Shown here piece by piece: positions 27,873 through 28,012 of a stretch of 28,012 nucleotides of DNA; position 1 is the first letter of the stretch, and every line of letters starts with the position of its first letter. The notes under the pieces are model-generated. The model was not told the origin of the DNA. It was given only the letters and a program-made list of their open reading frames with translations, and searched no databases. Both the position numbers and the translations under genes were made by a program. Origin of the DNA: Planctomycetota bacterium (GTDB lineage Bacteria > Planctomycetota > B15-G4 > JADJEK01); contig JBGAIQ010000068.1 of assembly GCA_044225365.1 (NCBI GenBank), positions 1 to 28,012 on the forward strand. The letters are read 5' to 3'.

Positions 27873-28012
27873 ATCGACATAGGTAGGCCCTCACGGGCTG
27901 TCCCTGTCACACCACCGTGCGTACGGGTCCGTACACGGCGGTTCGGTGGTTTAGCGGTGGCGCGGGGGAGCGAGACGCGGGAGGCCGAGATTCGTGAAGT
28001 ATTTGACGGACA
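27873..28012 (-). mobile_element. Group II intron, class IIC, 3' end (domains V and VI plus the end of the intron-encoded ORF); truncated by the window edge
   Basis: Minus strand: 32-nt domain V ACCGCCGT-GTACG-GACC-CGTAC-GC-ACGGTGGT (27942-27911) with a CGC triad; domain VI GACAGGG...CCT(A)TGTC with a bulged A at 27880; terminal AT ending at 27873. Confidence 0.92.
27951..28012 (-). CDS. C-terminus of a group II intron reverse transcriptase/maturase (partial)
   Basis: The frame reads SVKYFTNLGLPRLAPPRHR* and stops 8 nt before domain V; YF..LGLP.L resembles the end of class C intron-encoded proteins. Only 19 aa are visible. Confidence 0.75.
   Translation of the reverse strand, partial: SVKYFTNLGLPRLAPPRHR

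Overview
GC-rich bacterial DNA. The gene content (Hanks-type Ser/Thr kinases fused to FGE-like or TPR domains, a TIGR02999-type ECF sigma factor, EF-hand and carboxypeptidase-regulatory-domain proteins) suggests Planctomycetota; this is an inference. Left to right: a REP-like palindrome cluster; a kinase-FGE gene and an orphan gene, closed by a second near-identical REP block; an esterase; a carboxypeptidase-regulatory-like protein; sua5/tsaC; an EF-hand esterase; a YfhO-like membrane protein; an ECF sigma/TPR-kinase pair next to two divergent paralogous unknown genes, each preceded by the same TC(A/G)TGAGGGG-N16-CGTG motif; an NTT/AAA-family transporter; a phosphorelay cluster (HAD phosphatase, hybrid PAS kinase, Hpt, sigma54 activator, divergent kinase); a coupled Fe-S Cas4/TM0106-type nuclease and Dna2/UPF1-like helicase; and, at the right edge, the 3' end of a class IIC group II intron. 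The best candidates for undescribed biology are the ECF/kinase module with its putative promoters and paralogous targets, and the split Dna2-like nuclease-helicase. All calls come from reading motifs by eye; no searches were run.
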